64,000 nucleotides of DNA, taken from contig OZ241865.1 of assembly GCA_965203275.1 (NCBI GenBank), positions 1,600,001 through 1,664,000 on the forward strand, read 5' to 3'. Shown in pieces: positions 41,142 through 51,277 of the stretch (position 1 is the first letter of the stretch; every line of letters begins with the position of its first letter). Position numbers and translations under genes: made by a program. The notes beneath the pieces were generated by a model. That model was not told the origin of the DNA and made no database searches. It was given only the letters and a program-made list of their open reading frames with translations. The stretch comes from Bdellovibrionales bacterium. GTDB taxonomy: Bacteria > Bdellovibrionota > Bdellovibrionia > Bdellovibrionales > JAUICD01.

Positions 41142-42322
41142 ATGAAAATTTTACGTAATTTTATTATTTGTAATGCAGTTTTAGCTTTTAACTTCTTAAC
41201 TCCGGGCTTTGCTGTGGTTGCCCCCCCCCCCCCCCCCCATCTAACGCAGTGAGTCAACCATCCCATGAATTGAAAGTCGTTACATTCAATACATGGCTTT
41301 TAGAGCTTTTTGGTCTCGATGCTGCCTCTGATATATCCCCTAGAAGGCAGATTATGGTTAACGCATTCAATGAGATGGAGGCTGATGTTTTAGCACTTCG
41401 AGAAGTGTGGCCTCACAAGCACCGTCAATTTTTAGTCGATAATCTTTCAGAAAAATATCCTTATTGTACTTATGATTCAATGCCTGCTGAACACTCTAGG
41501 CGTAATCCTCTAGCTACAGTGGCTTCCAATAGTACTGCTTCTGCTGGTATTATTAGTGGTCTTATGATTTTTTCTAAATATCCTATAGAGAATGCCTCTC
41601 AAGAGAAAGATGAGCTAGGTTGCATTACCCCTGCTCATACATTAAAGTTTTCTCAAAATACACCTCGATGGGATGAACAAGCTGTCCATAAAGGTGCTAT
41701 TCATATTGTGATACATCATCCTACTTTAGGTTCTATAGATGTATACAATTCTCATTTTGATGCTTTAGATTTTGATGAGGAGGTTGTTGATTATAAAGAA
41801 GACAGTAAGACTGTAAGTCGTCTTCAGGCAAATGAGTTCATTGACTTTGTATTGTATACACAGTCTCATGCCCATCAGGTTATAGCTATAGATATCAATC
41901 AACATTTTAGAACATGGAATCGTAACAGAGAAGAATCTGCAGTAAGTCAGCACTATCAACATATTGTCTCTAACCTCAATGTAATAGATACTTTTATGTT
42001 GGCTAATAATTACAATCCAGAAACACTGACAGGTGTTTACACTGTTGATACGTTGAATAATGTTTATACTGGTGCTGAGGAAAATCTAGGTACTCGTTCT
42101 TTTGCAAATATTCAAGATTCGTTTACTGAAGGTATTGTATCTCGACCTTCTACTCTGTTGGATTATATTTGGTATATTGGTGATGGATTGGAATCTGCTG
42201 AATCTAATCTCATTTTTACAAGAGAAGTACAGCTTTACGCAGATGAATTTGATCTTGATGACAGAAGACATTTATCAGATCATTATGGGGTGATGAGTGT
42301 TTTAACTCTTACAAATGAATAG
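41142..42322 (+). CDS. Secreted endonuclease/exonuclease/phosphatase (sphingomyelinase-like) hydrolase, out of frame at a C18 tract
   Basis: RBS plus signal peptide from 41142; VTFNTW, ADVLALREVW, SGLMIFSKYPI, LDYIW, LSDHYGV. Confidence 0.8.
41221..41238 (+). repeat. Poly-C homopolymer (C18)
   Basis: 18 consecutive C in an AT-rich sequence. Confidence 0.95.
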
Positions 42323-42328
42323 ACTTAT

Positions 42329-42360
42329 AAGGCTTGTTGTGACTCACAACAAGCCTTTTT
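42329..42360 (+). terminator. Intrinsic terminator
   Basis: AAGGCTTGTTGTGA-C-TCACAACAAGCCTT followed by T run. Confidence 0.85.
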
Positions 42361-42388
42361 GCTTAGTTACTTATTAGGTTTTAGTTAA

Positions 42389-44023
42389 ATGAAAAAATAT
42401 ATTTTTATTCTATTTATAATCTTGCTTGTTTCTAGTGATTCTCTATGGGCTTGTGCTGAAAGCCTTATGCCACCAACTCCAAAGCAAAATCAAAAAGTTA
42501 TTAGGAAGTCTTTAAATCTTAAATTAACAAAGCTAGTTAATAAAGATACAGGTTTAAGATTTATTAGCAGTGTTCTATGGTGGATGTCCCTGGGACTTGC
42601 TGGACTTATAGATCCAATAGATCCAAATGAAGAGTCTTTTAGAAGAGAGGAAAAAAGAAAGGATGAATTATGGAGACTCAATAATGACTTAATGAAGTTT
42701 GTTCGTGTCGGAGGCCCTACCGAGACTGTAAAGAAATTTCTAGAGGCCGGAGCTGACGTCAATTATGAAGGCCTAAAGGACAATACTATTTTATCAGAAG
42801 CTATTTATGGAGGCCATGTTGAGATTGTAAAGCTATTGCTAGAAAACGGAGCTGAAGTTAATTATCAAAGCTACCACAATGGCAATACGCCTTTAATATT
42901 AGCTAGTCATGAAGGTAAGACCGAGATTGTAAAGTTATTGCTAGAGTTTGGAGCTTTCGTCAATCTTCAAAACAAAAAAGGCGAGACGGCTTTAATAAAT
43001 GCTAGTCGTGGTAAGACCAAGCTTATTGTAAAGCTTTTGCTAGCGGCCGGAGCTAACGTCGATCATCAAAACAAAGATAGCGAGACAGCTTTAATAATAG
43101 CAAGTCGTGAAGGTAAGACCAAGATTGTAAAGCTTTTGCTAGCGGCCAGAGCTAACGTCAATCATCAAAAAAAAGATGGCGAGACAGCTTTAATAATAGC
43201 AAGTCGTAAAGGTAAGATAGAGGTTGTAAAGCTATTGCTAGAAAAGGGTGCTAAAGTCAATCATCCAAACAAAAAAGGCGAGACGGCTTTATCAGAAGCT
43301 AGTTATGGAGGCCATGCTGAGATTGTAAAAACATTGCTAGATGCCGGAGCTGACGTCAATTATCCAGACAAATATGGCAATACAGCTTTAACAATAGCAA
43401 GTCGTAAAGATTATATTGAAATTGTAAAGCTATTGCTAGATGCCGGAGCTAACGTCGATCATCAAACTAAAAAAGGCGAGACGGCTTTAATTAAAGCAAT
43501 TAGGGAACGTTCTACAACAGGTTATATTGAGACTGTAAAGCTATTGCTAGCAGCCGGAGCTGACGTCGATCTTCGAAAGAAAGGTGGCTACCAGGATGGC
43601 TGGACGCCTTTAATGCTAGCTGTTACAGGTGCTGGTAGAGGCTTCATTGAAAATAGTGAGATGGCAAAGACATTGCTAGAGAACAAAGCTGACGTCAGTC
43701 TTTCAGTCAATGGCTATACTGCTTTAATGAGTGCTAGCTATAACGGGTTTGTTAATATTGTAAAGTTATTGCTAGATGCCGGAGCTAACGTCAATGATCA
43801 AGACAAATATGGCCGGACGGCTTTAATAATGCTGGCATCTAATTCACGTAATTATGATTATATTGTAAGGATTGCAAAGATATTGCTAGATGCCGGAGCT
43901 GACGTCAATCATCGAAACAACGAAGGGTATACGGTTTTACGGTATCTTATGGAGAAGGAATATTTCTATGAAGATAGCCCTGCTGTATTGTTCTTGCGAA
44001 AGAACGGAGCTCAATATTTTTAG
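42389..44023 (+). CDS. Secreted ankyrin repeat protein with highly similar 99-bp units
   Basis: Signal peptide; repeated G.TAL..AS..G...IVKLLL.AGA.V. Confidence 0.92.
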   Translation: MKKYIFILFIILLVSSDSLWACAESLMPPTPKQNQKVIRKSLNLKLTKLVNKDTGLRFISSVLWWMSLGLAGLIDPIDPNEESFRREEKRKDELWRLNNDLMKFVRVGGPTETVKKFLEAGADVNYEGLKDNTILSEAIYGGHVEIVKLLLENGAEVNYQSYHNGNTPLILASHEGKTEIVKLLLEFGAFVNLQNKKGETALINASRGKTKLIVKLLLAAGANVDHQNKDSETALIIASREGKTKIVKLLLAARANVNHQKKDGETALIIASRKGKIEVVKLLLEKGAKVNHPNKKGETALSEASYGGHAEIVKTLLDAGADVNYPDKYGNTALTIASRKDYIEIVKLLLDAGANVDHQTKKGETALIKAIRERSTTGYIETVKLLLAAGADVDLRKKGGYQDGWTPLMLAVTGAGRGFIENSEMAKTLLENKADVSLSVNGYTALMSASYNGFVNIVKLLLDAGANVNDQDKYGRTALIMLASNSRNYDYIVRIAKILLDAGADVNHRNNEGYTVLRYLMEKEYFYEDSPAVLFLRKNGAQYF

Positions 44024-44219
44024 ACCAATTCTATATTTGTCTTAATTTTTGTTTTTTTGTAAGATGGCAGTATGAAAAATCCATATAACCATCCACTAAA
44101 AGTAGCCAATCTTAATCACATTATGATAAATTCTGACAGCATAGCACAGCACGAAGATCAAAAAACTTATACCATGCAAAATACTTGACTTTAATGTTGT
44201 TTCATAGTAAGATAATTAC

Positions 44220-44342
44220 GTAGCCGGCCTTATCAATATTGATGATTGATATTCAAGGTTCAAAACTGTTTAAATAAGAGTCAGTGAGGAAGGACATACA
44301 GAGATTTTAAAGCTATTGCTAAAGAACGGAGTTACAGAATAA
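44220..44342 (+). pseudogene. Ankyrin repeat remnant
   Basis: Translates to IRVSEEGHTEILKLLLKNGVTE* with in-frame stops upstream. Confidence 0.6.
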
Positions 44343-44420
44343 AACTAACTCCGAAATAAAATTTTGATTAAAGTCAGACTAAGCCCTGACGATACATAGT
44401 ATGTTCCTGATATTTTTTGC

Positions 44421-44449
44421 TAGACAAGCTTTAGATAATAATGTATGAT
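44421..44449 (+). promoter_or_regulatory. Sigma70-type promoter of the 44501 gene
   Basis: TAGACA-17 nt-TATGAT. Confidence 0.5.
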
Positions 44450-44500
44450 TATTTATTTTTTTATTATATATGTTAAGATACAACAAATAGGGGGTCTTTT

Positions 44501-44848
44501 ATGGGATGGCAAGTTTTTATTTTAGAGATACTGAAAACGACAGACCTAATGACAATTATGGGTATGTCTATTATTGGCTTTATTTTTTATGACAGAGCAA
44601 CTAGAGGTTTTAGGGAACAGATCAACAAATCAGAAAATAACTTAAAGCAATATATAGATGTTACAATTAAGCCTATCAGAGAGCAAGTATACAATCATAT
44701 ACCTACACAGATGAGAGCCATGGAAGATAAATTTGACCGAAAGTTCGATAATTTTGACCGAAAATTCGATGAATTATATGGACTTTTAATCAATAAAGGC
44801 AAAGACGTGAAAAAAGAACATGCTAAAGATAAAGAAAAGCCTGTATGA
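44501..44848 (+). CDS. Small membrane-anchored coiled-coil protein, NH[I/L]PTQ family
   Basis: TM, PIREQVYNHIPTQM, duplicated FDRKFD. Confidence 0.8.
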   Translation: MGWQVFILEILKTTDLMTIMGMSIIGFIFYDRATRGFREQINKSENNLKQYIDVTIKPIREQVYNHIPTQMRAMEDKFDRKFDNFDRKFDELYGLLINKGKDVKKEHAKDKEKPV

Positions 44849-44883
44849 TCACACATTAGAAGTCTTTAAGGAAAGCCATATAA

Positions 44884-44971
44884 AGGGAGGATCCTTTTAT
44901 TCCTTTACAGCATATTAGGGAAAAATTCTTTTATTACCTCAAGAGCAAACAAGCTTACAAATGAAACTCTT
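44884..44971 (-). repeat. Family-A head variant with extended leader, homologous to 352-443
   Basis: Reverse complement AAGAGTTTC...TTGCTCTTGAGGTAATAAAA...TTTTTCCCTAATATGCT...GATCCTCCCT. Confidence 0.7.
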
Positions 44972-44986
44972 TTTTCCTTAACATCA

Positions 44987-45043
44987 TGTTTATCCGGGAT
45001 CTGGGATCCGGGATCTGGCAGTCAGGCAAACCGGCATCTAAAG
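44987..45043 (+). repeat. Family-B GC-rich repeat
   Basis: TGTTTATCC-(GGGATC[C/T])x3...GGCAAACCGGCATCTAAA. Confidence 0.75.
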
Positions 45044-45197
45044 GAACTTTTTCCTTAACATGTAGTCAAAAAACGAAGGGATCCTCCCCTACTCAAAATG
45101 CATAATTTTTTGAGGCAATGACCATTTTGCCAATGGCGAAAGCCATTGCGGTCATTGCCCAAAAACATGCCAGAGGCATGATGCATTTTGAGTGAGA
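45044..45197 (+). mobile_element. Complete stand-alone family-A element (reference copy)
   Basis: GAAC head; stem 45091-45103/45181-45193; CAATGGC-GAAA-GCCATTG; CATGCC-AGA-GGCATG. Confidence 0.88.
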
Positions 45198-45260
45198 CAA
45201 AAGGTCTATAATTCGTCAAAGTGGTTCGTCTTTGTTTGTTTCTAAGTTAAAATTTCTTAT

Positions 45261-46868
45261 GTGTTGAATATTTGGAGTCTTCTACTAATGAACAAGACTT
45301 TTGTTGTAAGACAAGCTTGCCTTTTTTGTAAAAAATATATATGCATTTTAGGCATTGTTCACAGCCTGAGTAGCACAGCTTATGGATCCCCGCAAGATAG
45401 AGATGACTTTCTCAAACAAATAGATCAGATGAATTATGTTTCTCTTATTTTTGTAGGACAAGATTTAAGCTCACCTGTTTCGTCTTTTGGTCATATTCTT
45501 TTAGCCTTTCATCGTGAAGTACTCATTGAGCCGGAAGCTCTCACTGTGGAATATCATGGCGATTTTCAAGCTCCTTTTTTCTTGATAAGATCACTGTTTT
45601 GGTCAGTGCCAGGTGTTTTTCGTATGCGTTCATGGAACAAACGTTTTTGGGAATATGAAAAAGAAGATAGAGATATATGGGTGATCCCCTTAAGATTAGA
45701 ATATAAAGAAAAACAACAGCTCATCATGGAGATCAAAGCTTCTCTTGATCATGTAAGGCCTTATAATTTTTTCTTACATAATTGTGCTTCTTACCTTCTT
45801 AAAATACTCAGGAAATCTGTCAATGCAACATGCCCCGGAAAGCTCTACACTTCCCCTATGGGAGTGTTGCAATCTCTTTATAAATGCCAAAGAATAAATG
45901 GCACTATCTATATGCCATCAGGAATGACACGCTTAATGGAATCTGTCAAAAACTTAAATGCCCAAGATAAAATTTTGTTTAAAAAACTTATCTCACAGAA
46001 AAAATCCACCCACTACAATTATCTCAAATCTCTCTCTCAAGAAGCCTCTATTTCACTTAAAACATCTATCACAGAATGGATTGATTATAAAATCCCTCGA
46101 ACAAATCAAACACAAGATAAAGATCAACTCATCCAACTTAAAAAACACTATCATCATCCATTGCCAAGCCAACATAAAGATTTAACAGAGATATATTCTC
46201 CTCGTAGCTCTCGTTTAACTTTGCAATATTGGCAAAGGTATAGAACACTTCTGTTGACTTTTTCGCCTACTCAAATGAGGTTTTTAAGTGCATTAAATAA
46301 TTCCCTTTGGGCAGATCAATTTGAGGTTTTAACTTTTGGACTGGGTTTTAATTTCTCTTCTAAAAAGTTATTTCTCTCTCATATAAAACTTTTGGATATC
46401 AGTACAAATACAACCGCACATATAATGAAAATCCCATTTGCAAAGGATGTTTATTTAGGTTATCAAAAATATTCTATAGGTACAAAAGGCTCTGTGAATT
46501 TTTGGGAGCATTTTCAAGCCCGGTTAGGAGGAGGGCTTGCTTATGCCTTAACAGATTATTGGAAGTTTGTGTTTTTAGCTTTTGGACAAACAGGTATTGT
46601 AGGAGATAAAGAAAGAAAATATTTTTCTATAGGTGGAGGCGTAACAGGAAGAATGTTTTTGCGTTTTTCAAGTTGGATGCGTTTAAAAACTCAATTTCAT
46701 CAAGTGCTAATAGGTTACAACACATTAATCCCTCAAATAGGGCAAGCACAGTTTGTTTTTTATGATTATAAGTCATTTGTAGCTAGTCTTGACTATGAAA
46801 TCTTTCATGTTAAAAAAGAAGATCAATGGCATCATTCTCTTGGAGCTTCTTTGAGTTATCTTTTTTGA
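45261..46868 (+). CDS. DUF4105/Lnb-like domain protein
   Basis: SSFGHILL, YEKEDRDIW, YNFFLHNCA; C-terminal Phe. Confidence 0.75.
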   Translation: MLNIWSLLLMNKTFVVRQACLFCKKYICILGIVHSLSSTAYGSPQDRDDFLKQIDQMNYVSLIFVGQDLSSPVSSFGHILLAFHREVLIEPEALTVEYHGDFQAPFFLIRSLFWSVPGVFRMRSWNKRFWEYEKEDRDIWVIPLRLEYKEKQQLIMEIKASLDHVRPYNFFLHNCASYLLKILRKSVNATCPGKLYTSPMGVLQSLYKCQRINGTIYMPSGMTRLMESVKNLNAQDKILFKKLISQKKSTHYNYLKSLSQEASISLKTSITEWIDYKIPRTNQTQDKDQLIQLKKHYHHPLPSQHKDLTEIYSPRSSRLTLQYWQRYRTLLLTFSPTQMRFLSALNNSLWADQFEVLTFGLGFNFSSKKLFLSHIKLLDISTNTTAHIMKIPFAKDVYLGYQKYSIGTKGSVNFWEHFQARLGGGLAYALTDYWKFVFLAFGQTGIVGDKERKYFSIGGGVTGRMFLRFSSWMRLKTQFHQVLIGYNTLIPQIGQAQFVFYDYKSFVASLDYEIFHVKKEDQWHHSLGASLSYLF

Positions 46869-46921
46869 TTTTTACTTAGATAAAAGACATCTTTTTATTT
46901 TTCCACTGTTAAGCTGAAGGT

Positions 46922-47452
46922 TTAAAGAGAGACAATGAGTTTTTGATGGACGCATTGAAGGATACGTTTAAAGTCTTTTCTAATCCAAATATCATCGGCA
47001 ATTTTGCCAACTAATCCAAAGCCAAAAGTATATTCTATATGATTGGCCATAAGTGTATTTTGTTGGCCATGCTTTTGCAAACGGCATTCGTGTCTCCAAT
47101 TTGAAAAAACATGAGATGTTTCATATTCTGCAAAATATTCATTTTTTTTATAATCATCTATTTTGATGAGCCAAGGACGAGATATTCCAAATCGTTTCAT
47201 TTGAAAGTTGTATTCGGATCCACATTTCATCTTTTCAGCAGGCGTATCCAAAGTCAGAGAAAGATCACCTGGCAATAGAGTAATATACTTGTTCATATCT
47301 GTAATGTAATTAAAAATCACAGAAGGCTTTTGAGGAATGACTGATGAAAACTGTACATAAGACATTTTTACCTCGCAATAAAACATACTTAATGAGTTGA
47401 TTTTCAAACTTAAAAAATAAAATCCACAATTAAAATCTAAGTTTAAAGTCAT
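46922..47452 (-). CDS. SRPBCC family protein
   Basis: FSNWRHEC, FGLVGKIAD; start probably ATG 47365. Confidence 0.75.
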   Translation of the reverse strand: MTLNLDFNCGFYFLSLKINSLSMFYCEVKMSYVQFSSVIPQKPSVIFNYITDMNKYITLLPGDLSLTLDTPAEKMKCGSEYNFQMKRFGISRPWLIKIDDYKKNEYFAEYETSHVFSNWRHECRLQKHGQQNTLMANHIEYTFGFGLVGKIADDIWIRKDFKRILQCVHQKLIVSL

Positions 47453-49233
47453 TTATTTAAGGCCATACGACAACCGTTGCGAATCATCTTAGCATGTTGT
47501 TCATTGGTTTGTATAAGTTCTTTTAGTTTCATTTTCAAATCTTCTTGCCAAGAACAAGAAACTTCTGGCAAATCTTTGCGATAAGAAGCTTCTAAAATTT
47601 CAAGCCTTAATAACCACTCATCCGGGAAATCCTCTAAAGCATCTAACACATTCTTAAATAAATGAAGCTTTGTTGGATTTTCTTGTCTTAAATGTCTGAC
47701 CTTTGCATAAAGATTTTCTAATGTTTTTGCTTTGCTATGATCAACAGCTTGTATAAAAGAAGGCTTTTTAGAGCTAACAAAACTGTCTATGGGACCATAA
47801 GCTTTTCTATCAGAAGGCCCAGAAAATACAGACACAATGCTATCACCTACAGCCATATCAAATTCCCCCCAATCTAGATGAAACAGCACTTCCTCTTTGT
47901 AACTTACCTGACAATCTTTAAAAGTTATAATCAAAGGAGTATAATCCTTGCAATGCATAGAAATAGCACGGCCCTTGACTTCAACCCCTGATTGAAAACT
48001 TAAATGAACTCGATGGCCTGTTAGGTATTTGATCTGTAACCCTTGTAATAATGGACCCTCGTCTTTAACTTTAAAACCAAGCCTTTCAAGCTCTGTTTGA
48101 CTGGCTTGTGATAAGCATTTATTAAAATTTTTAACTTGACCTATAGGTGAACCAAATCCCTGAGGATGTCGCTTTTTGTCGTGTCCAGGGATCACCTTTC
48201 CTTGATAACAAAGCTGTACTGGCCCTTGAAGGTTAATATAGATAGGTTGAGCTTTTTGTTCTTTGTAATCAGATAATATACCTGCTACTTGTAACCCAGA
48301 ATTGTATTCCAAAGTATTCACAGTTTGTGATCTTTTAGCAAGTTTAAGTCCATAAGTCCCTCCTTGATAAAAAGCCATTGTCTTTTCCATATCCTTTAAT
48401 GCTTGAGAGAGAGATGGAAAAGACTCCACCACAAAGAGCTGTTGTTGAGGTTTGGTGATATCATAAGAGTAGTTAAGACATTCAAGACTAAAAGATATTT
48501 TCTTTACTTGAGGTGTCAAAGCATGTTGGCTTTCAAAAAGAGAAGACAATAACCCCGCTCCGTAAATTTTTGGTGATTTTAAATCACCAATCAAACCATA
48601 CTCAGCAGTCCACCAATTCATGCGAGCTAAAAGAGCTGCCTCTGATGGTTGTTTCATTTGGTCAGTTGCTTGTTTGAGATTTTTTTCTGCTTGGTTGATG
48701 TTTTTTGGAGAAGAAGTAGCAGATTCTTTAAGATCAGAGAGAATGCGAATGGCTTGATAGAGCTTTATATCTTCCTTATTGATAATAGCTTTGCTGGCAA
48801 CTTGAGCATAGTTTTGAAGGTATTCGCTAAAGTGAGGGTCAATGAGAATAGGAGCATGACCTGCAGCTTCATGTATAATATCAGGAGCGGGAGTGTAAGT
48901 GATTTGATCAAGGCTTCGTATCTCAGAAGCAATAGGGAGAAAGCCCAATGCTTGCAGTTCCATAAAAGCAGCAGGTGGAATAAAGCCACTCACCGGCACT
49001 GCTTGCCAGCCATAATTTTTGAGATGCTCACTTATATCTGAAATACGAGGGATGCAATCTGTGGAAATGCCTGTTTTTTCAAGTCCACTAGCATAACAAG
49101 AGTGAGCATTTTGAAATAAAAAGGATTTGAGTTGTCTGAGAGTGCATCGCCAGACAGCATGGTCTCTATATGTATATTTGTTGTAGTTTTGATCTACAAT
49201 ATATTGCTTGAGATGAGGTGGTAAATTTTGCAT
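47449..49233 (-). CDS. phhA: Aromatic amino acid (phenylalanine) hydroxylase, long form
   Basis: YTPAPDIIHEAAGHAP, WWTAEYGLIG, IYGAGLLSS, YDITKPQ. Confidence 0.9.
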   Translation of the reverse strand: MQNLPPHLKQYIVDQNYNKYTYRDHAVWRCTLRQLKSFLFQNAHSCYASGLEKTGISTDCIPRISDISEHLKNYGWQAVPVSGFIPPAAFMELQALGFLPIASEIRSLDQITYTPAPDIIHEAAGHAPILIDPHFSEYLQNYAQVASKAIINKEDIKLYQAIRILSDLKESATSSPKNINQAEKNLKQATDQMKQPSEAALLARMNWWTAEYGLIGDLKSPKIYGAGLLSSLFESQHALTPQVKKISFSLECLNYSYDITKPQQQLFVVESFPSLSQALKDMEKTMAFYQGGTYGLKLAKRSQTVNTLEYNSGLQVAGILSDYKEQKAQPIYINLQGPVQLCYQGKVIPGHDKKRHPQGFGSPIGQVKNFNKCLSQASQTELERLGFKVKDEGPLLQGLQIKYLTGHRVHLSFQSGVEVKGRAISMHCKDYTPLIITFKDCQVSYKEEVLFHLDWGEFDMAVGDSIVSVFSGPSDRKAYGPIDSFVSSKKPSFIQAVDHSKAKTLENLYAKVRHLRQENPTKLHLFKNVLDALEDFPDEWLLRLEILEASYRKDLPEVSCSWQEDLKMKLKELIQTNEQHAKMIRNGCRMALNK

Positions 49234-49341
49234 TGCACACCTCAGTTTGTGTTTTTGGTGTTTTTAAAAGCTTTCTGCAATGTTTATAAAGATAATATAA
49301 CTTAAATCAAATACGAAAACAAAATAAATCCTACAAAAATT

Positions 49342-50838
49342 TTACAAAGCAATCAAAGGGAGATTATCTCCCATTTCATTAGCTTGATCCCCACGATGAT
49401 CTGTAGCTCCTAAATCTAAGCCTAACTGTCCAGTAGCATTGCTTCCCCAACATTTGACTTGACCCTTGCCCTGTGCAACATGTTCTAAAGTGACACAAGT
49501 GTGTTCTTCCCCTATAGCTATGGATCGTGTGATGAAACCTGCTCCTAAATCAATAGCTGACAAAGCTACTACACTTTCATCACTTTGATCTCCCCAATAA
49601 TTTGTATGACCTAGTCCAAGTTGACCTTGATTGTTTTTACCCCAACACTTTAAAATATGATTATCTAAAGCAACGCAGGCATGGTAAGGCCCTGCTGCTA
49701 ATTTTTTTACACTTCTTCCCTCACCTAATGGAATGGCTAAAAGATGTTCTCCCATCTCATAAGGATCATCCCCATGATAAATTAAATTGGACTCACTTAA
49801 TAAATGATTGATACCCCAGCATTTCACTTGATCATTATCCAAAGTAGCACAAGTATAGCCGTCCCCTGCTACAACACTCTTCACTGTCCGACCCTCTCCT
49901 AAGTTCACAGCTAAAAGATGATCCCCCATTTCATCAGGACTATCTCCATAAGACCTTTTGTTGCCTAATCCTAATTGACCTAAATTGTTAATGCCCCAAC
50001 ATTTAAGATGATCATTATCTAAGATAGCACAGGTATGATTCTTACCTGCTGTAATGGCTTTAGCTAAACGATTCTGACCTAAATCAACATAAGGAAGTTG
50101 GTCCCCCATTTCATAAGGATCGTCTCCTCTTGTGTTAATATCTCCTAAACCAAGTTGACCATAATAATTATCACCCCAGCATTTGATACCACCATCATCT
50201 AAAAGAACACACGTATAATTATAGCTTGCAACAATGGCCCTAGCTATCCGTCCCTCCCCTAAATCTACAGTTGAGAGATGATCTCCCATTTCCTCTTCGA
50301 TTTCATCATCAGTACTTAGGTCATCGCTCTCATCCCCTCGATGCTCCACGTCTCCTAAACCTAATTGACCAAAATCATTACCTCCCCAACATTTCACATT
50401 ATATGTATCTAAAATAGCACAGGTATGCTTTTGCCCTGCTGCAATAGCTCTAGCAGTGCGGCCTAAGCCTAAATCTACAAATTCTAAAGGTGGGTCATTA
50501 CGAGGTTCTATATCCCCTAAGCCTAACTGACCAAAATCATTATCTCCCCAACACTTTACCTGACCATTGCCTAAAATAACACAGGTATGATTTAAGCCTA
50601 CAGCTATCATCCTTGCAGCATCAGGATTGCTTACATCAATGCCTTCATCTTGTTGCGGTTGCAGGAAGGTTTTTGCAGTAGAAGTGCTATGAATCCTTTG
50701 CTTTTTTACCTTTCCATCATCAATTGTATGTACTAAGTCAGGTCGCTTTGTTTCACAGTTTTGAAAACCAACGATTAAAAAAATCACACTAACAGATAAA
50801 ACAATAATTCTTTTTCTTTGATCTTGGTTTGATTTCAT
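49342..50838 (-). CDS. RCC1-repeat lipoprotein
   Basis: IVGFQNCE; repeated HTC.IL....VKCWG.N..GQLGLG. Confidence 0.9.
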   Translation of the reverse strand: MKSNQDQRKRIIVLSVSVIFLIVGFQNCETKRPDLVHTIDDGKVKKQRIHSTSTAKTFLQPQQDEGIDVSNPDAARMIAVGLNHTCVILGNGQVKCWGDNDFGQLGLGDIEPRNDPPLEFVDLGLGRTARAIAAGQKHTCAILDTYNVKCWGGNDFGQLGLGDVEHRGDESDDLSTDDEIEEEMGDHLSTVDLGEGRIARAIVASYNYTCVLLDDGGIKCWGDNYYGQLGLGDINTRGDDPYEMGDQLPYVDLGQNRLAKAITAGKNHTCAILDNDHLKCWGINNLGQLGLGNKRSYGDSPDEMGDHLLAVNLGEGRTVKSVVAGDGYTCATLDNDQVKCWGINHLLSESNLIYHGDDPYEMGEHLLAIPLGEGRSVKKLAAGPYHACVALDNHILKCWGKNNQGQLGLGHTNYWGDQSDESVVALSAIDLGAGFITRSIAIGEEHTCVTLEHVAQGKGQVKCWGSNATGQLGLDLGATDHRGDQANEMGDNLPLIAL

Positions 50839-51001
50839 TATATCCTCTCATTTAGAATAAAAACTTGGTTTTTCTTGGTTTTTACTGATATATCTTTCTC
50901 GGCAAAAGTCTTAGAATACTTTAATTTATTTTTCATATAGCTATTTAGTGGTCTAGTGGTCATTTTTAAAAGCTATAAAATAATATGAAAAAGGATTTTA
51001 A

Positions 51002-51277
51002 ATGAATATTTTAGATAAAACCCTGACAGAAGAACAAAAAACTATGGCATGTAAAGTTTTAGATGTTTTAAAATTAGACAATCTCAAGGTCATAGTTAAA
51101 AATCAAGAAATGTATTTTATTCAAGATCGTAGAGTGGTGCATATCCCTTTATCACTTATTGTAAATGAAAACTGGACAGATATTCGCTTTTTATTCCGAT
51201 CGATCCTTGAATCACAACCATCTATATGGAACCATGAAGCTTCTTATGTTCCTTATGAATCCTATAAAGATAAGTAA
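51002..51277 (+). CDS. Hypothetical protein
   Basis: 91-aa ORF with AAGGA RBS. Confidence 0.6.
   Translation: MNILDKTLTEEQKTMACKVLDVLKLDNLKVIVKNQEMYFIQDRRVVHIPLSLIVNENWTDIRFLFRSILESQPSIWNHEASYVPYESYKDK

Noticed and set aside
42800..43920. DGR template/variable repeat pair
   Set aside because: Similar segments are in-frame ankyrin units; differences are not adenine-specific; no reverse transcriptase in the window
45044..45197. Integron attC site
   Set aside because: No paired RYYYAAC/GTTRRRY ends bounding the hairpin, branched fold, both orientations, no cassette array or integrase
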